Assembly (NCBI GenBank): GCA_951406725.2
Contig: OX597839.1
Location: 40,796,001 to 40,860,000, forward strand
Direction: 5' to 3'
DNA: 64,000 nt
Source of the DNA: Octopus vulgaris
Lineage: Eukaryota
The translations under genes and the position numbers were made by a program. Below, piece by piece: positions 51,223 to 63,970 of this stretch (its first letter is position 1; each line of letters starts with the position of its first letter). The notes under the pieces were generated by a model that ran no database searches, was not told the DNA's origin, and saw only the letters and a program-made list of their open reading frames with translations.

Positions 51223-52080
51223 AGGTTTGTTTGTCATTGTCATCGTCATCATTCACTTTTATCATCATAATCACCATCATCATCATCATCATTGTTCATC
51301 GTATCGTCGTCATTCATCATCATCATCATCATCATCATCGCCATCATCATCATCATCATCACCACCACCATTACCACCACCATCATCATCATCATTATCA
51401 TCATCATCATCATCATCATTATCATCATCATCATCATCATCATCATCATATTCATCATCATCATCATCATCATCCTCATCATCATCATCATCATCATCAT
51501 CAACAACATCATCATCATCATCATCATTGTCATCATCACCATCATCATCAACTTCATCACCATCATCATCAACATCATCATCATCATCACCATCATCATC
51601 AACATCATCATCATCATCACCATCATCATCACCATCATCATCAACATCATCATCATCATCACTATCATCATCATCATCGTCATCATCATCATCATCACCA
51701 TCATCATCACCATCATCATCACCATCATCATCAACATCATCATCATCATCACTATCATCATCATCATCGTCATCATCATCATCATCATCATCTTCATTTA
51801 TCAACAGCAGCAGCATCGCCAAGCTCATTATCATAGTCGTCGTCTTCGTCGTCACTTATCCTCATCATCATCATCATCATCACCCCCACTACTGCCATCA
51901 TCATTATCCTCATCGTCATCGTTGTCGTCGCCGTTACCATCGTCTTCGTCATCGCCATCAACACAATGATCAACAGCATCAATACTAAGTCCGTCATCAT
52001 CATCATTATCATCAGGATCATCTTCATCATAATCACAATCATTGTCAATAACAACAATAACAACAACAACAACAACAATA
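51170..52080. repeat. (CAT)-rich trinucleotide array
   Basis: Read directly. Confidence 0.95.
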
Positions 52081-52307
52081 AATTGAAATGCTGAGGTGAG
52101 AAGTGACGAGCGATTGTGTTACCTGCGTCTTAATTCTAAACAAACAATATGAAAGGGGAAGAATGCAGTTGGGTGCTTCTAATTGGGTTGTATACAAATA
52201 GCTTAGAGACATGATTAATGAGCTGCGCTGGTGGTAGCAGAAGGATTGGGCAGGAGCATCATAATTACAATGAAACTGTTAATAATAGTGATTGTTATTA
52301 TTAACAT

Positions 52308-52392
<85 letters not shown>

Positions 52393-52393
52393 G

Positions 52394-52463
<70 letters not shown>

Positions 52464-52491
52464 CAACTTCATCGTTATTATCCTATCATCG

Positions 52492-52665
52492 TTGCAGGAT
52501 TGGCTGTGTGGTAAGTAGTTTGCTTACCAGCCACATGGTTCCGGGTTCGGTCCCACTGCGTGGCACCTTGTGCAGGCGTCTTCTACTATAGCCTCGGGCC
52601 GACCAAAACCTTGTGAGTGGATTTGGTAGACGGAAACTGAAAGAAGCCCGTCGTATATATGTATG

Positions 52666-52715
<50 letters not shown>

Positions 52716-52965
52716 GTGTGTGTGTGTGTGTGTGTTCGTGTGTGTGTGTGTGTGTGTGTGTATGTTTGTGTGTCTGTGTTTGCCCCCACATCGTTTGACA
52801 ACCGATAGTGGTGTGTTTACGTCCCCCGTCACTTAGCGGTTCGGCAAGCAAGACCGATAGAATAAGTACTAGGCTTGCAAAGAATAAATCCTGGGGTCAA
52901 TTTGCTCGACTCGAGGCGGTGCTCCAGCATGGCCGCAGTCAAATGACTGAAACAAGTAAAAGTGT
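52492..52965 (+). mobile_element. SINE family B, full length
   Basis: Colinear with 7170-7576, with a longer internal (TG)n. Confidence 0.85.
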
Positions 52966-53123
52966 AACACTGATGTTGTTACGCTGTTTTCGCATCCGAA
53001 ACGCCTAATGTAAACAGTAACAATGCGATCGAAGATGAAAAATAGTTATCAGTTTCCATAAATGTGTTTAATAGATCCAATAACGCTACACCGCTATATT
53101 TAGTGGTTATCTTAAGCAATGAG

Positions 53124-53510
53124 TGGAGGCGCAATGGCCCAGTGGTTAGGGCAGCGAACTCGCGGTCATAGGATCGCGGTTTCGATTCCCAGACCGGGCG
53201 TTGTGAGTGTTTATTGAGCGAAAACACCTGAAGCTCCACAAGGCTCCGGCAGGGGATGGTGGTGATCCCTGCTGTACTCTTTCACCACAACTTTCTCTCA
53301 CTCTTACTTCCTGTTTCTGTTGTACCTGTGTTTCAAAGGGCCAGCCTTGTCACTCTCTGTGTCACGCTGAATATCCCCGAGAACTACGTTAAGGGTACAC
53401 GTGTCTGTGGAGTGCTCAGCCACTTACACGTTAATTTCACGAGCAGGTTGTTCCGTTGATTCGGATCAACCGGAACCCTCATCGTCGTAACCGACGGAGT
53501 GCTTCCATCC
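53124..53510 (+). mobile_element. SINE family C (tRNA-Arg-like head; possibly octopus OR-type), with TSD
   Basis: A-box TGGCCCAGTGGTTAGG, CT-CGCG anticodon-loop region, B-box GTTTCGATTCC. TSD ATCTTAAGC(A/C)ATGAG at 53109-53123 and 53511-53525. Confidence 0.85.
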
Positions 53511-53609
53511 ATCTTAAGCCATGAGTTCGTGTATGGTTAATGGGTTGGATGGTTGCTGATGAAGGCGTAAAAACTACTGAAATATGCCATATACGACCAT
53601 ACCTATGTG

Positions 53610-53737
53610 AAGGCGCATGGCTCAGTGGTTTGAGCGTCGAGCTTACGATCGTGAGGTTGTGATCTCGAATCCCGGACCGGGGAGCATGTTGTGTTCTTGA
53701 GCAAGACACTTTATTTCACGTTGCTCCAGTTCACTCC
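53610..53737 (+). mobile_element. SINE family D 5' part (tRNA head plus CORE domain)
   Basis: GGCGCATGGCTCAGTGG...CTTACGA...TCGAATCCC followed by CORE-like GTGTTCTTGAGCAAGACACTTTA. Confidence 0.7.
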
Positions 53738-54229
53738 CAACAGCAGTAATTTTATTCAGCTGAACACACGTCATTGATTGGTTGAAATTACCGAAACACT
53801 ACAACTTTAACGTGAAATAACTTCGTAAATATAAGTTTTTCTCAAAAATGCTAAGAGTAAAAGATGTTTTAAATGACACATTCTACCAGTGTCCGAAGTT
53901 TGAAAGAGTTTAGTTACAAAACTATATTTTTTTTAATCTGTAGGTCAAAAGGTGATGGTGGTGGTGGTGGTGGTGGTGGTGGTGGTAGTGGTGGTGGTGG
54001 TGGTGGTGGTGGTGGTGGTTGTGTTGGCTGTGGTGGCAATGCTGGTGCTGGTGATGGTTGTTGCGGTCGTAGTAGTGGTGGTAGTGGTGTGGTGATGGTG
54101 GTTGTGGTGGTGGCAATGCTGGTGCTTTACTGGTGATGGTGGTTGTGGTGGTCATGGTGGTCGTAGTAGCTGTGCTGGTCGTGGTCATGGTCGTGGTCTT
54201 GTAGGTCAATCCAGTAAAAGAATATATAT

Positions 54230-54428
54230 ATATTTCGTTTTTGGATTTGGTTTACAAGATTCTTTATATGAGTTCGTGTGTTGAAGCATATTCTGTTGTG
54301 TCTGGGGAGAGTCATTTTTTTGTGCCTTATAATGTAACACAATCACCCGTAAAATTTCCATTTTTTTCTTATTTTTATTTTCCTAAATTTTTCGTTGCGT
54401 CTTGCAACCTTTTCAATAGTCTTGACTC
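54230..54428 (-). mobile_element. PLE-like pLTR fragment, relative of 34291-34620
   Basis: The minus strand carries a GTTGC aagac GCAAC-GAAA hairpin, then an ATG at 54315 opening MTLPRHNRICFNTRTHIKNLVNQI, and ends at a TA run. Confidence 0.45.
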
Positions 54429-54440
54429 TGTCCGTTATTT

Positions 54441-54893
54441 ACCATAGGTGAGCCGTAGCGAAGCAGTAGCGGAGCCGTAGCAAAGGCATAGGGGAGCCGT
54501 AGCGGAGCCGTAGCGGAGCCGTAGAGGAACCGTAGCAAAGACATAGGGGAGCTGTAGCGAAGCCGTAGCGGAGACGTAGCGAAACCATAGGGGAGCTGTA
54601 GCGAAGCAGTAGCGGAGCCGTAGCGAAACCATAGGGGAGCTGTAGCGAAGCAGTAGCGGAGCCGTAGCGAAACCATAGGGGAGCTGTAGCGAAGCCGTAG
54701 CGGAGACGTAGCGAAACCATAGGGGAGCTGTAGCGAAGCAGTAGCGGAGCCGTAGCAAAGGCATAGGGGAGCTGTAGCGAAGCCGTAGCATAGCCGTAGC
54801 GAAACCATAGGGGAGCCGTAGCGAAGTAGTAGCGGAGCCGTAGATAAGGCATAGGGGAGCTGTAGCGAAGCAGTAGCAGAGCTGTAGCGAAGT
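54441..54893. repeat. GC-rich 11-bp minisatellite (GCCGTAGCG(G/A)A) with 44/55-bp higher-order structure
   Basis: Units such as gctgtagcgaa-gcagtagcgga-gccgtagcgaa-accatagggga. Confidence 0.9.
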
Positions 54894-54906
54894 CATAAAC
54901 ACAACA

Positions 54907-54948
<42 letters not shown>

Positions 54949-55119
54949 CTAGAAATGGCTCTGACGAAAGAAGCATTAATGTTTTTTAGGTCGTTCACCT
55001 TTTCTCGACTGATCAATAGAGCAATTGAGTAAAACTATCTGTAACGAACCTATTTTGGCCAAATGTAAAGGAAAAATATGTAATGACCATTACTTATACC
55101 TTGCCTTATACATGTGTGT

Positions 55120-55151
<32 letters not shown>

Positions 55152-55672
55152 TTGTAGTTATATGTGCATATACGTATATTTATGTTTATATGTTTCTGTG
55201 TATGTTTGGTTTTGTTTCTCTAATACGGTGGGGATGGTCACTACTAACACCAAAACCTGGGCCGTGACCTGACCGTCGAACCTCGTAACAAATCGATACC
55301 ACCACCACCACCACCGCCACCACCACTTCTCCCTGTCCCTTACATCATCGCCATCAAAACCAACAGTAGAAACGCTTAGGACAGCACCAATGCACTACCA
55401 CCACCGCCGCCGTGACCACCGCCATTATTGCATCAAACCATCACCTTTATGACGGTTTCCAAGGTGACCACTCATACTACCACCACTACCACCATTGTCA
55501 CACACACCCCCAATACAATGACAACCAACACCACCACCAACACTGCCAGCACCACACCAACACCACTACCATCTTCTCATCACTGCCACCACCGCCACCG
55601 CCGCCACCACCACCATCAGCAGCACCACCACTACCACCATCTTTATCACCACCGACACCACCACCAGCGCCT

Positions 55673-55703
<31 letters not shown>

Positions 55704-56104
55704 CACCATCACCACCACCGCTACCATCATCCCCATCACAACCTCAACTGCCACAACCAATACCACCGCCATCTTCCCCACTGCCACCACCACTATTACC
55801 ACCAACACCACCGCCATCACTACTACTACTACTACACATGCTACTACCACCGCCACCATCTCCACGACAACTACCACCAGCAACAACAGCAACACAAACA
55901 ACACAACTAACACCTCTACCAACACGTCACACCACCAGTACCGACGCTACCATAATCCCTACCGCCATACCATCACCTCCAACACCGCCACCAACAACTA
56001 CATCACTACCACCGCCACCACCACTCAGTGGTATTAAAAATCGATAACTTTCTAGCAGTCACCATTAATGTTTGGGAGAGATCAAAGTAAAATGATGGCT
56101 GGTA

Positions 56105-56939
56105 ATGGCTAGGTGGTGGGGGTGGGAGTGATGGTGGTGATGGTGATGGTAGTGGTGGTGGTGATGGCGGCTGTGGTGGTGGCAATGCTGGTGCTTTACT
56201 GGTGATGGTGGTGGTGGTGGTGGTCATGGTGGTCGTAGTAGCTGTGCTGGTCGTGGTCGTGGTGGCGTTGGTGGTGTAGTGGTGGTGGTGTGTAGTGGTG
56301 GTGGTGGTGGTGGTGGTGGTGGTGGTCGGTGTTGGCTGTGGTGGCAATGCTGGTGCTGGTGATGGTTGTTGCGGTCGTAGTAGTGGTGGTGGTCGTGGTG
56401 GCAGCAGCGGTGATGATAGTGGTAGTTGTAGTGGTGTTGGTGGTAGTGGTAGTGGTGGTGGTGGCTGTGGTGGCAATGCTGGTGGTGTTGATGGTTGTTG
56501 CGGTCGTAGTTGTGGTGGTGGTCGTGGTGGCAGCGGTGGAGGTGGAGGTGGTGGTAGTGGTGTGGTGATGGTGGATTGGTGTTGGCAATGCTGGTGCTTT
56601 ACTGGTGATGGTGGTTGTGGTGGTGGTCATGGTGGTCGTAGTAGCTGTGCTGGTCGTGGTCGTGGTGGTGTTGGTGGCGGCAGCGGTGATGGTGGTGGTG
56701 GTTGTGGTGGTGATGGTGGTGGTGGTGGTCGTCGTGGTGGTTGTGGTGGTGGTGGTTGCGGTTGTGGTGGTGGTGGTGGTGGTGGTGGTGGTGGTGGTGG
56801 TGGTGGTGGTGGTGGTGGTGGTGGTGGTGGTGGTGATGGCTGTGGTGGTGGTGTTGGCTGTGGTGGCAATGCTGGTGCTGGTGATGGTTGTTGCGGTCGT
56901 AGTAGTGGTGGTCGTCATCGTGGTAGCGTTGGCGGTGGT

Positions 56940-56970
<31 letters not shown>

Positions 56971-57005
56971 GTGCTGCCGGTCATAGTGATGGTGATGATG
57001 GTAGC
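56105..57005. repeat. (GGT)-derived compound minisatellite
   Basis: GGCTGTGGTGGCAATGCTGGTGCT...GGTTGTTGCGGTCGTAGTAG recurs several times and also at 54020-54200. Confidence 0.85.
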
Positions 57006-57472
57006 AGTGGAGTATATGATCCTATGTGTGTGACTCTGTGTGTGTATACGCGCGTGTACGTATGGTTGTGTATATGTGTATTTTGTTTATTTGTTTAAGT
57101 GTGTGATGTGGTGAATGGTGGATGGTAGTCTTGTTGTTGTTATTATTATTATTATTGTTCTTGTTCTTGTTTAGCCCCAGGCCACTCTAGATCCATCTAA
57201 CCTATGTTCAAAGATATCTCATCCGTAGCCATCTTGCCATTTTTCTGATTGGATTGTGGATTCTGTATCACAGTGTCCATCGCGTTCCTTTGTATTTTCT
57301 TTAAAACAATAGGATCTGTGAGCTAATTGAGATTTCGGTGTCTATTTCTAGCAAACGTACAAGCTCCCTCGTTAGTTCGTGGATGTTTGAGCGACATGTT
57401 TCTCTACATGTGTGTGATAGTGTATTGCGTAGTTTTCTGTGTACTTCTCTTATGTGGTTTGTGTGCGTGTAG

Positions 57473-57517
<45 letters not shown>

Positions 57518-57582
57518 GGTGCTTGTAGAATTTCAAGCTTGGTATCCAGGTTCGCATTTAGCCTACTGAGTGGGTTGGACAC

Positions 57583-58071
57583 GAAGCCATAGGTGAGGCG
57601 TAGTGAAGCCATAGGGAAACCGTTGCCAAGCCGTTGCAGAGACGTAAAGGAGACGTAGCGGAGACGTAGCGAAGCCGTAGCGGAGACGTAGTGAAGTCGT
57701 AGGGGAGCTGTAGCGAAGGCATAGGTGAGCCGTAGCGAAGCAGTAGCGGAGCCGTAGCGAAGGCATAGGGGAGCCGTAGCGAATCCGTAGAGGAGACGTA
57801 ACGGAGTAGTAGAGCCGGAGCGAAGCCGTAGCGGAGCCGTAGCGGAGCCGTAGCGAAGCCGTAGCATAGCCGTAGCGAAGCCATAGGGGAGCCGTAGCGA
57901 AGCCGTAGCAGAGCCATAGCGAAGCCATAGGGGAGCCGTAGCGAAGCAGCAGCGGAGCCGTAGCAAAGGCATAATGGAACCGTAGCGGAGTCGTTGCGAA
58001 GCCATAGGGGAGCCGTAGCGAAACCGTAGCGGTGATGTAGCGGAGCCGTAACGGTGTCGTAGAGGAGCCAT
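57583..58071. repeat. Second array of the same 11-bp minisatellite
   Basis: Same unit variants (gccgtagcgaa, gccgtagcgga, gccatagggga) on the same strand. Confidence 0.9.
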
Positions 58072-58267
58072 AATGAAGCCTGAGAAGTCAGGAGATGGAG
58101 AACATCAAGAGGGAAGCCTGAGGCTTGTTCATTGGGTTTGTGGAAAACATTCTTACGAACTCTCTCTGTTATCGGTAATTGCAAAACTTGGAATTGGCCT
58201 TACACAAGTCTTCACCCCTGACAACAAATCAGCTGTATGAATAGTGTAGCAGATGCAAAATTTGGTT

Positions 58268-58463
58268 TCACATTTTGGCACAAGGCCAGCAAGTTCGAAG
58301 ATGGACCAGATCGATTATATTGATCCCAGTGTTCAACTGGTATTTATTGACCCCCGAAAGAATGAAAGGCAAAAACCGACCTCCGCAGAATTTGAAATAT
58401 GAACGTAAGGACGAGCGAAATGCCGCTAAGTATTTTAACCGGCGATTCTGCCAGCTCGCCACC
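58268..58463 (-). mobile_element. SINE family A (diverged)
   Basis: ACTGGTATTTATTGACCCCCGAAAGAATGAAAGGC...GATTCTGCCAGCTCGCCACC. Confidence 0.75.
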
Positions 58464-58659
58464 TCAAGCAGTTTTAATATTGGCTGTTTTACCCTTGCGT
58501 ATCGAAACGACGGGAGAATACACTGTATATTCAGTAATATATAGGACACTTTCCGACACAATATTCAAATCAACATTTCACATTTATAATTGTATTGCAT
58601 TATAGCCGTATTATCCAAGCAATGATGGGCTACATTCTTATTAACATTAGTCGTATTAT

Positions 58660-59046
58660 GGTGGAGGCGCAATGGCCCTGTGGTTAGGGCAGCAGACTCG
58701 CGGTCTTAGGATCGCGGTTTCGATTCCTAGCCCGGGCGTTGTGAGTGTTTATTGAGCGAAAACACCTAAAAAAGCTCCACGAGGCTCCGGCAGGGGATGG
58801 TGGTGATCCCTGCTGTACTCTTTCACCACAACTTTCTCTCACTCTTACTTCCTGTTTCTGTCGTACCTGTATTTCAAAGGGCCGGCCTTGTCACACTCTG
58901 TGTCATGCTGAATATCCCCGAGAACTACGTTAAGGGTACACGTGTCTGTGGAGTGCTCAGCCACTTACACGTTAATTTCACGAGCAGGCTGTTCCGTTGA
59001 TCGGATCAACCGGAACCCTCGTCGCCGTAACCGACGGAGTGCTTTC
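58660..59046 (+). mobile_element. SINE family C, full length, with 11-bp TSD
   Basis: Closely similar to 53124-53510. TSD AGTCGTATTAT at 58649-58659 and 59047-59057. Confidence 0.85.
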
Positions 59047-59773
59047 AGTCGTATTATAGTAGAATAATCATGAAACTAATCACTGGCATTTCGAATGGTT
59101 TTTAATATGCAAGTTTGAAGTGGTTACGTAACAAATTGTTAAGTTGTTACCATTATTTTCGATCGTTACAAGCGAAATAACGACTGAAGAGGATAGTGGC
59201 TACGTTACAAGTTGTTACGCAACCACTTGAAACGTACGTGTTAAATAAATTTGAAATATCAATAATTGGTATTCTTACCTTTATATATGTGTATACACAC
59301 ACACATACACACACAAACATATATATATATATACATATATATTCATATATATGAATTATTGGTGCGTTAACATTCTTTTGTAAAAACTTTTTCTTTAAGC
59401 CAAACATATTTGAATCTGCTCCGACAGATCCCTCTTTTTTCTGTCCACAAAATTAATACTCAGATATATACATATGATTGCACATACATACATACATAAA
59501 TATATACATACGTACATACACACACACACGTAAATATTCATACATATGTACGTACGTAAATATAAACAAAGAGAAATACAAAGATGAGGACGTGTGTTAG
59601 TCTATGTGGTGGTGGTGGTGATGGTTTTGCGCGTGAATGAAGATATGAGAGAAGAGATGATGATATAAAGAAAAGAGGAGGGGAAGGGGGAGGAGGAGGA
59701 GGAGGAGATGATGTTTAAACTGAAATGTGATGCTGTGGAAACAAGATGGATAGAAAGCGAGCAAACAGAAAAA

Positions 59774-59808
<35 letters not shown>

Positions 59809-59828
59809 TAAGAAAGATTAGGAAGGAA

Positions 59829-59878
<50 letters not shown>

Positions 59879-60754
59879 GAGAAAGAGAGACAGAAAGAAA
59901 GAAAGAAAGAAAGAAAGAAAGGAAAGAAAGGAAGTAAGTAAGAAAGAAAGAAAGAAAGGAAAGAAAGAAAGGAAGTAAGAAAGAAAGAAAGAAAGAAAGG
60001 AAAGAAAGAAAGGAAGAAAGGAAGAAAGAAAGAATGAAAGAAAGAAAGAAAGAAAGAAAGGAAAGAAAGGAAGAAAGAAAGGAAGGAAGGAAGAAAGAAA
60101 GAAAGGAAGGAAAGCAAGGAAAGAAAGAAACGAAAGAAAGAAGGAAAGAAAGAAAGAAAGGAAGGAAGGAAGAAAGAAAGAAAGACAGAAAGAAAGAAAG
60201 AAAGAAAGAAAGTGAGGGATGCTACATCAAACAGACAGGTAGGTAAGCATGCAGAGAGAGTGAGAATAGAGAAATATAGAAGAGACAGAGAGACAGACAG
60301 AGAGAAAGTTAGACAAACAGACAGACAGAGATAGAGACAGAGAGAGAGAGCTACAAGTATAGAGATTGAGAAGGCATCAGAAAGACAGATAGAGGGAGTG
60401 AAGGACAGACAGAGGGAGTGAAGGACAGATAGAGGGAGTGAAGGACAGACAGAGACAGACTCAAATAAAGATATTGAATGAGAGAGAAAGGGGAAGAGAT
60501 GGAGAAACAAATATGGCGGAACAAAAAAGCAAAAAAAGAAAAAAAGAAAACGAAAACGAAAATAACAAAAAACATGAACGCTTACAAAAGTGACTCACAG
60601 ACAGACAGACAACGTGAGAGAAAAGAAAATGAAGAAAAAAAAAACAAAAAGGGAAAGCGAGAACGAGCGAAGAGGATGTTAAAACAGTGAAGTGTATTAT
60701 TAAAGATTGATTTTTTTTTTTAAATTGCATAAGAGATCGATTTGTTTGTTCGAA

Positions 60755-61130
60755 CTGTCGGCTAAACACACACATGCACACATACATTCACACAACACAC
60801 ACACAGACATACACACCCATGCACATACAGGCATATACATGTGAGACACGTACTGACGAACACGCGCAGACAGACACGTACTGTCGGCTAAACACACATA
60901 TGCACACATACATTCACACACAGCACACAGACACACACACACATGCACATACAGGCATATACATGTGAGACACGTACTGACGAACACACGCAGACAGACA
61001 CGTACTGTCGGCTAAACACACATATGCACACATACATTCACACACAGCACACAGACACACACACACATGCACATACAGGCATGTACATGTGAGACACATA
61101 CTGACGAACACACGCAGACAGACACGTACG
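60755..61130. repeat. Tandem repeat of about 125 bp, three copies
   Basis: CTGTCGGCTAAACACACA starts at 60755, 60881 and 61005. Confidence 0.9.
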
Positions 61131-61494
61131 CATACACTGTTGATATCTAAATTTGAATCAGAACGCGAGGCTGGTTAGTCAAGGCTGTAATTCTACAACA
61201 TACAAACAGCAGAAGCACCGCAATCGATGATTAACACAGCAATGCTTTGGTATGAAGTTAGAGAGACGTGGGGGGGAGGATGGCAGACGGACGGACGGAC
61301 TGACAGACTGACTGACGGACAGAGAGACGGATAAACAGATAGTGTGTGCTGTTGTTATTTAACCCCAGGTCAAATCTAATCTAACGGAGCTTATGATCAA
61401 AGATGCGCTCCATCCCCACTCCGCCCCCACATACTTGGCAGAGCCGTTAGATCGTCGGGTTTTCTTTCTTTTTTTTTATCTGCTATCTTTTATA

Positions 61495-61961
61495 TTTTAT
61501 TTTGTTTCAACCATTGGACTGCGGCCATCATGGAGTAACGCCTTAAAGGGTTTAGTCGAACAAACTGACCCCAATATTTTTCGGGGGTGGAGGAGGGCTG
61601 GTACTTATTCCATCGGTTTCTTTTACCGATCTGCTAAGTTACAGTACGTAAACATTCCAATACCAGTTGTCAAGCAGTAGTGGGGCGCTGAGTTACGGGG
61701 ACGGAAACACACCAGCATCGGTTGTCAAGCGATGTTGGGGGGACAAACACAGAGACACAAACATATATACACACACACATATATATATATATATACATAT
61801 AAGATGGTCTTCTTCCAGCTTTCGTCTACCAAATCCACTCAAAAAGCTTTAGTCGGCCCGAAGCTATAGTAGAAGACACTTGCCCAAGGCGCCACACAGT
61901 GGGACTGAACCCAGGACCAGGTGGTTGGAACGCATGCTACTTACCACACAGCCACTCCTGC
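61495..61961 (-). mobile_element. SINE family B with partial internal duplication
   Basis: Reverse complement of the 7170-type element. The AGTTAC(A/G)G...ACCAG...GTTGTCAAGC segment occurs twice (61637-61676 and 61690-61730). Confidence 0.75.
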
Positions 61962-61964
61962 ACG

Positions 61965-62770
61965 AAATATTCCATGTATCGAATTTGAAGAACAGATCCA
62001 TCCACACCACATACAATTAAGTGAAGATTAGTGGATAAATCCAAGCCACATCTTTTACCTTTTACTTGTTTCAGTCATTAGAAATGCAGCTTATGTATTG
62101 CAGAAAGATCTCATATTCTTCTTAGATCCAACAATTCCAACACGCCGCTTAAATTCCAGATCTGAAATTTTTAGCAGGTGTAAACACATGGACAGTTTTC
62201 TTTTATCGATTGAGTTGCTATCTCGCAGACTTCCACATATTTCTGTTATATTGTTGTATACCAATTCTCTACCAGTTGTACCTAATGTGCTTTCTGCAAT
62301 CAGGGAAGACGAAAATCTTAGTTTTCTTGATCTCGTTTATCTTTCTCTCGTTCCAATTTTGCACTAACGCTCTTCACGTTTTTTTTTTCACGTTTTTTTT
62401 TTTCACGTTTTATCGTATTTACTCGGTGACCGGCGTCCTTCTTTTTAAAATACATATATAACGCATAAGCAGAGTCTGAATGATTGCTTTAAGATACATA
62501 GCGTATTTTATAAATATTGCTGTTCAATATCATGCAAGCATAAAACTATTGGTAGCTCTTCCGTTTATGTATAAAGACTGATTACACATTTTTCTCACTC
62601 CGTTTTTTTTTGGGGGGTGGGGCTCTCTCCATATTTGTCCTCTCAATCCTTTCAGTCGAAGAGCGTAAACTCCAAGACTTAAATACTTTTCCATTCTTCC
62701 CGAGTGTTAAATTAATACACCTGCTTGTTACTCCCTCACCTGACGTCGTCTTTAATTTTCTGAAACTTTG
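61965..62770 (+). mobile_element. 5'-truncated decayed Penelope-like element: GIY-YIG C-terminus, 3' UTR and degenerate hammerhead pseudo-LTR
   Basis: Translates as TIK*RLVDKSKPH / KCSLCIAERSHILL / LNSRSEIFSRCKHMDSFLLS (about 62012-62210), homologous to 1560-1986. 62649-62730 resembles the pLTR/hammerhead copies at 26750 and 63836. Confidence 0.65.
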
Positions 62771-62924
62771 AAATATATAAAAATATATTTGTGTGTGTGT
62801 GTGTCTGTGTATGTGTGTGTGTGTGTGCGCGTGTATATATGTAAGTATGTATATATTTTTTCCGAATATGTAATAGGTGTATACTATGAGTGCTATTTCA
62901 TTTTTACTTCAATATATATATATA

Positions 62925-63015
62925 TACGACGGGCTTCTTTCAATTTCCATCTACCAAATCCACTCTCAAAGCTTTAGTCGTCCTTAGACTATAGTAGAAG
63001 TAACTAGCCCAAGGT
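62925..63015 (-). mobile_element. SINE family B fragment
   Basis: CGACGGGCTTCTTTCAATTTCCATCTACCAAATCCACTC...CTATAGTAGAAG. Confidence 0.7.
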
Positions 63016-63129
63016 ACTTGCCTACTTTATTTCCTTTGTTTCTTTATATGTTCTTTGCAGAGTGAGATTGGCGATTTTTCGCTTCAAAAACGGCTTCAAG
63101 CAAAGGATTCACTTGATGTATATTCAGTG

Positions 63130-63176
<47 letters not shown>

Positions 63177-63212
63177 CAATATATATATATATATAACAGC
63201 GCCAAAACAATC

Positions 63213-63251
<39 letters not shown>

Positions 63252-63669
63252 TACATATATATTTTTATATATATATATATATATATATACGATTGTTCTG
63301 GCGCTGATAAATTTGATAATGGATTTTTCTCTAATTATTTCGAAGGATTTAAATTAAATTTTCAACAAATACTTAACACAAAGCAACAACAAAAACCAAA
63401 AAGAGAGAAATAGAAAAATCAAAATTAAAACAAAGATAAACTTAAAAACAAAAATATTTCTCTATCTCATTTCATGTTTTTTCCCTCTGGTTATAGTGTT
63501 GTTTTATACTTTATTTTCCATGTTGCTCGTAAATGCATACATAATATATGATACACATGAGCACAAACACACAGGAAGACAGACAAACACACACACACAT
63601 ATATTTATATATGTGTGCGTGTTTGTATGTATTTATGTTTATATGTATATGTATATTTTTTTCTTTTGG

Positions 63670-63750
63670 AGTTTTACTTGTTGCAGTCGTTTGACTGCGA
63701 CCATGCTGGAGCAGTGCCTTTTTAGTCGGACAATTCGACACCAGGACTTT
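63670..63750 (-). mobile_element. SINE family B 3' tip
   Basis: TTTTACTTGTTGCAGTCGTTTGACTGCGACCATGCTGGAGCA. Confidence 0.65.
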
Positions 63751-63774
63751 TCGTCAATTTGTTGCCATGATAGA

Positions 63775-63969
63775 CCGTTAGCTCCTACACGCATTTTTTC
63801 TCTCCTTGTTTCTCTCCTTGTTTCTTTTCTGTGTATCTTTCTGTCGAAGAGCGTAGGCTCGAAACGTAAAAGACTTGTTTTATTTCTATTCCTGAGCGCC
63901 ATACTAATACATTGTTTGTTTGTACTCCACCTGCCTTCGTCTTTTGCTTATTTTCGTAAACCTTCCCGT

Positions 63970-63970
<1 letters not shown>
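63775..63970 (+). mobile_element. PLE pseudo-LTR fragment with minimal hammerhead-like motif (63836-63873)
   Basis: TCTTT-CTGTCGA-A-GAGC gtag GCTC-GAAAC-GT-A-AAAGA, with a loopless palindromic stem III (ACGT). Ends in (TA)n. Confidence 0.6.

Noticed and set aside
53124-53200. tRNA genes at SINE heads (also 7170, 52492, 53610 and 58660)
   Set aside because: The cloverleaves are imperfect and continue into shared SINE bodies with tails and, in some copies, TSDs.
54413-58184. Repetitive proteins (LRLRYGSATAP...) or a CRISPR-like array in the 11-mer arrays
   Set aside because: The 11-bp period gives similar peptides in all three frames, there are no unique spacers and the context is eukaryotic.
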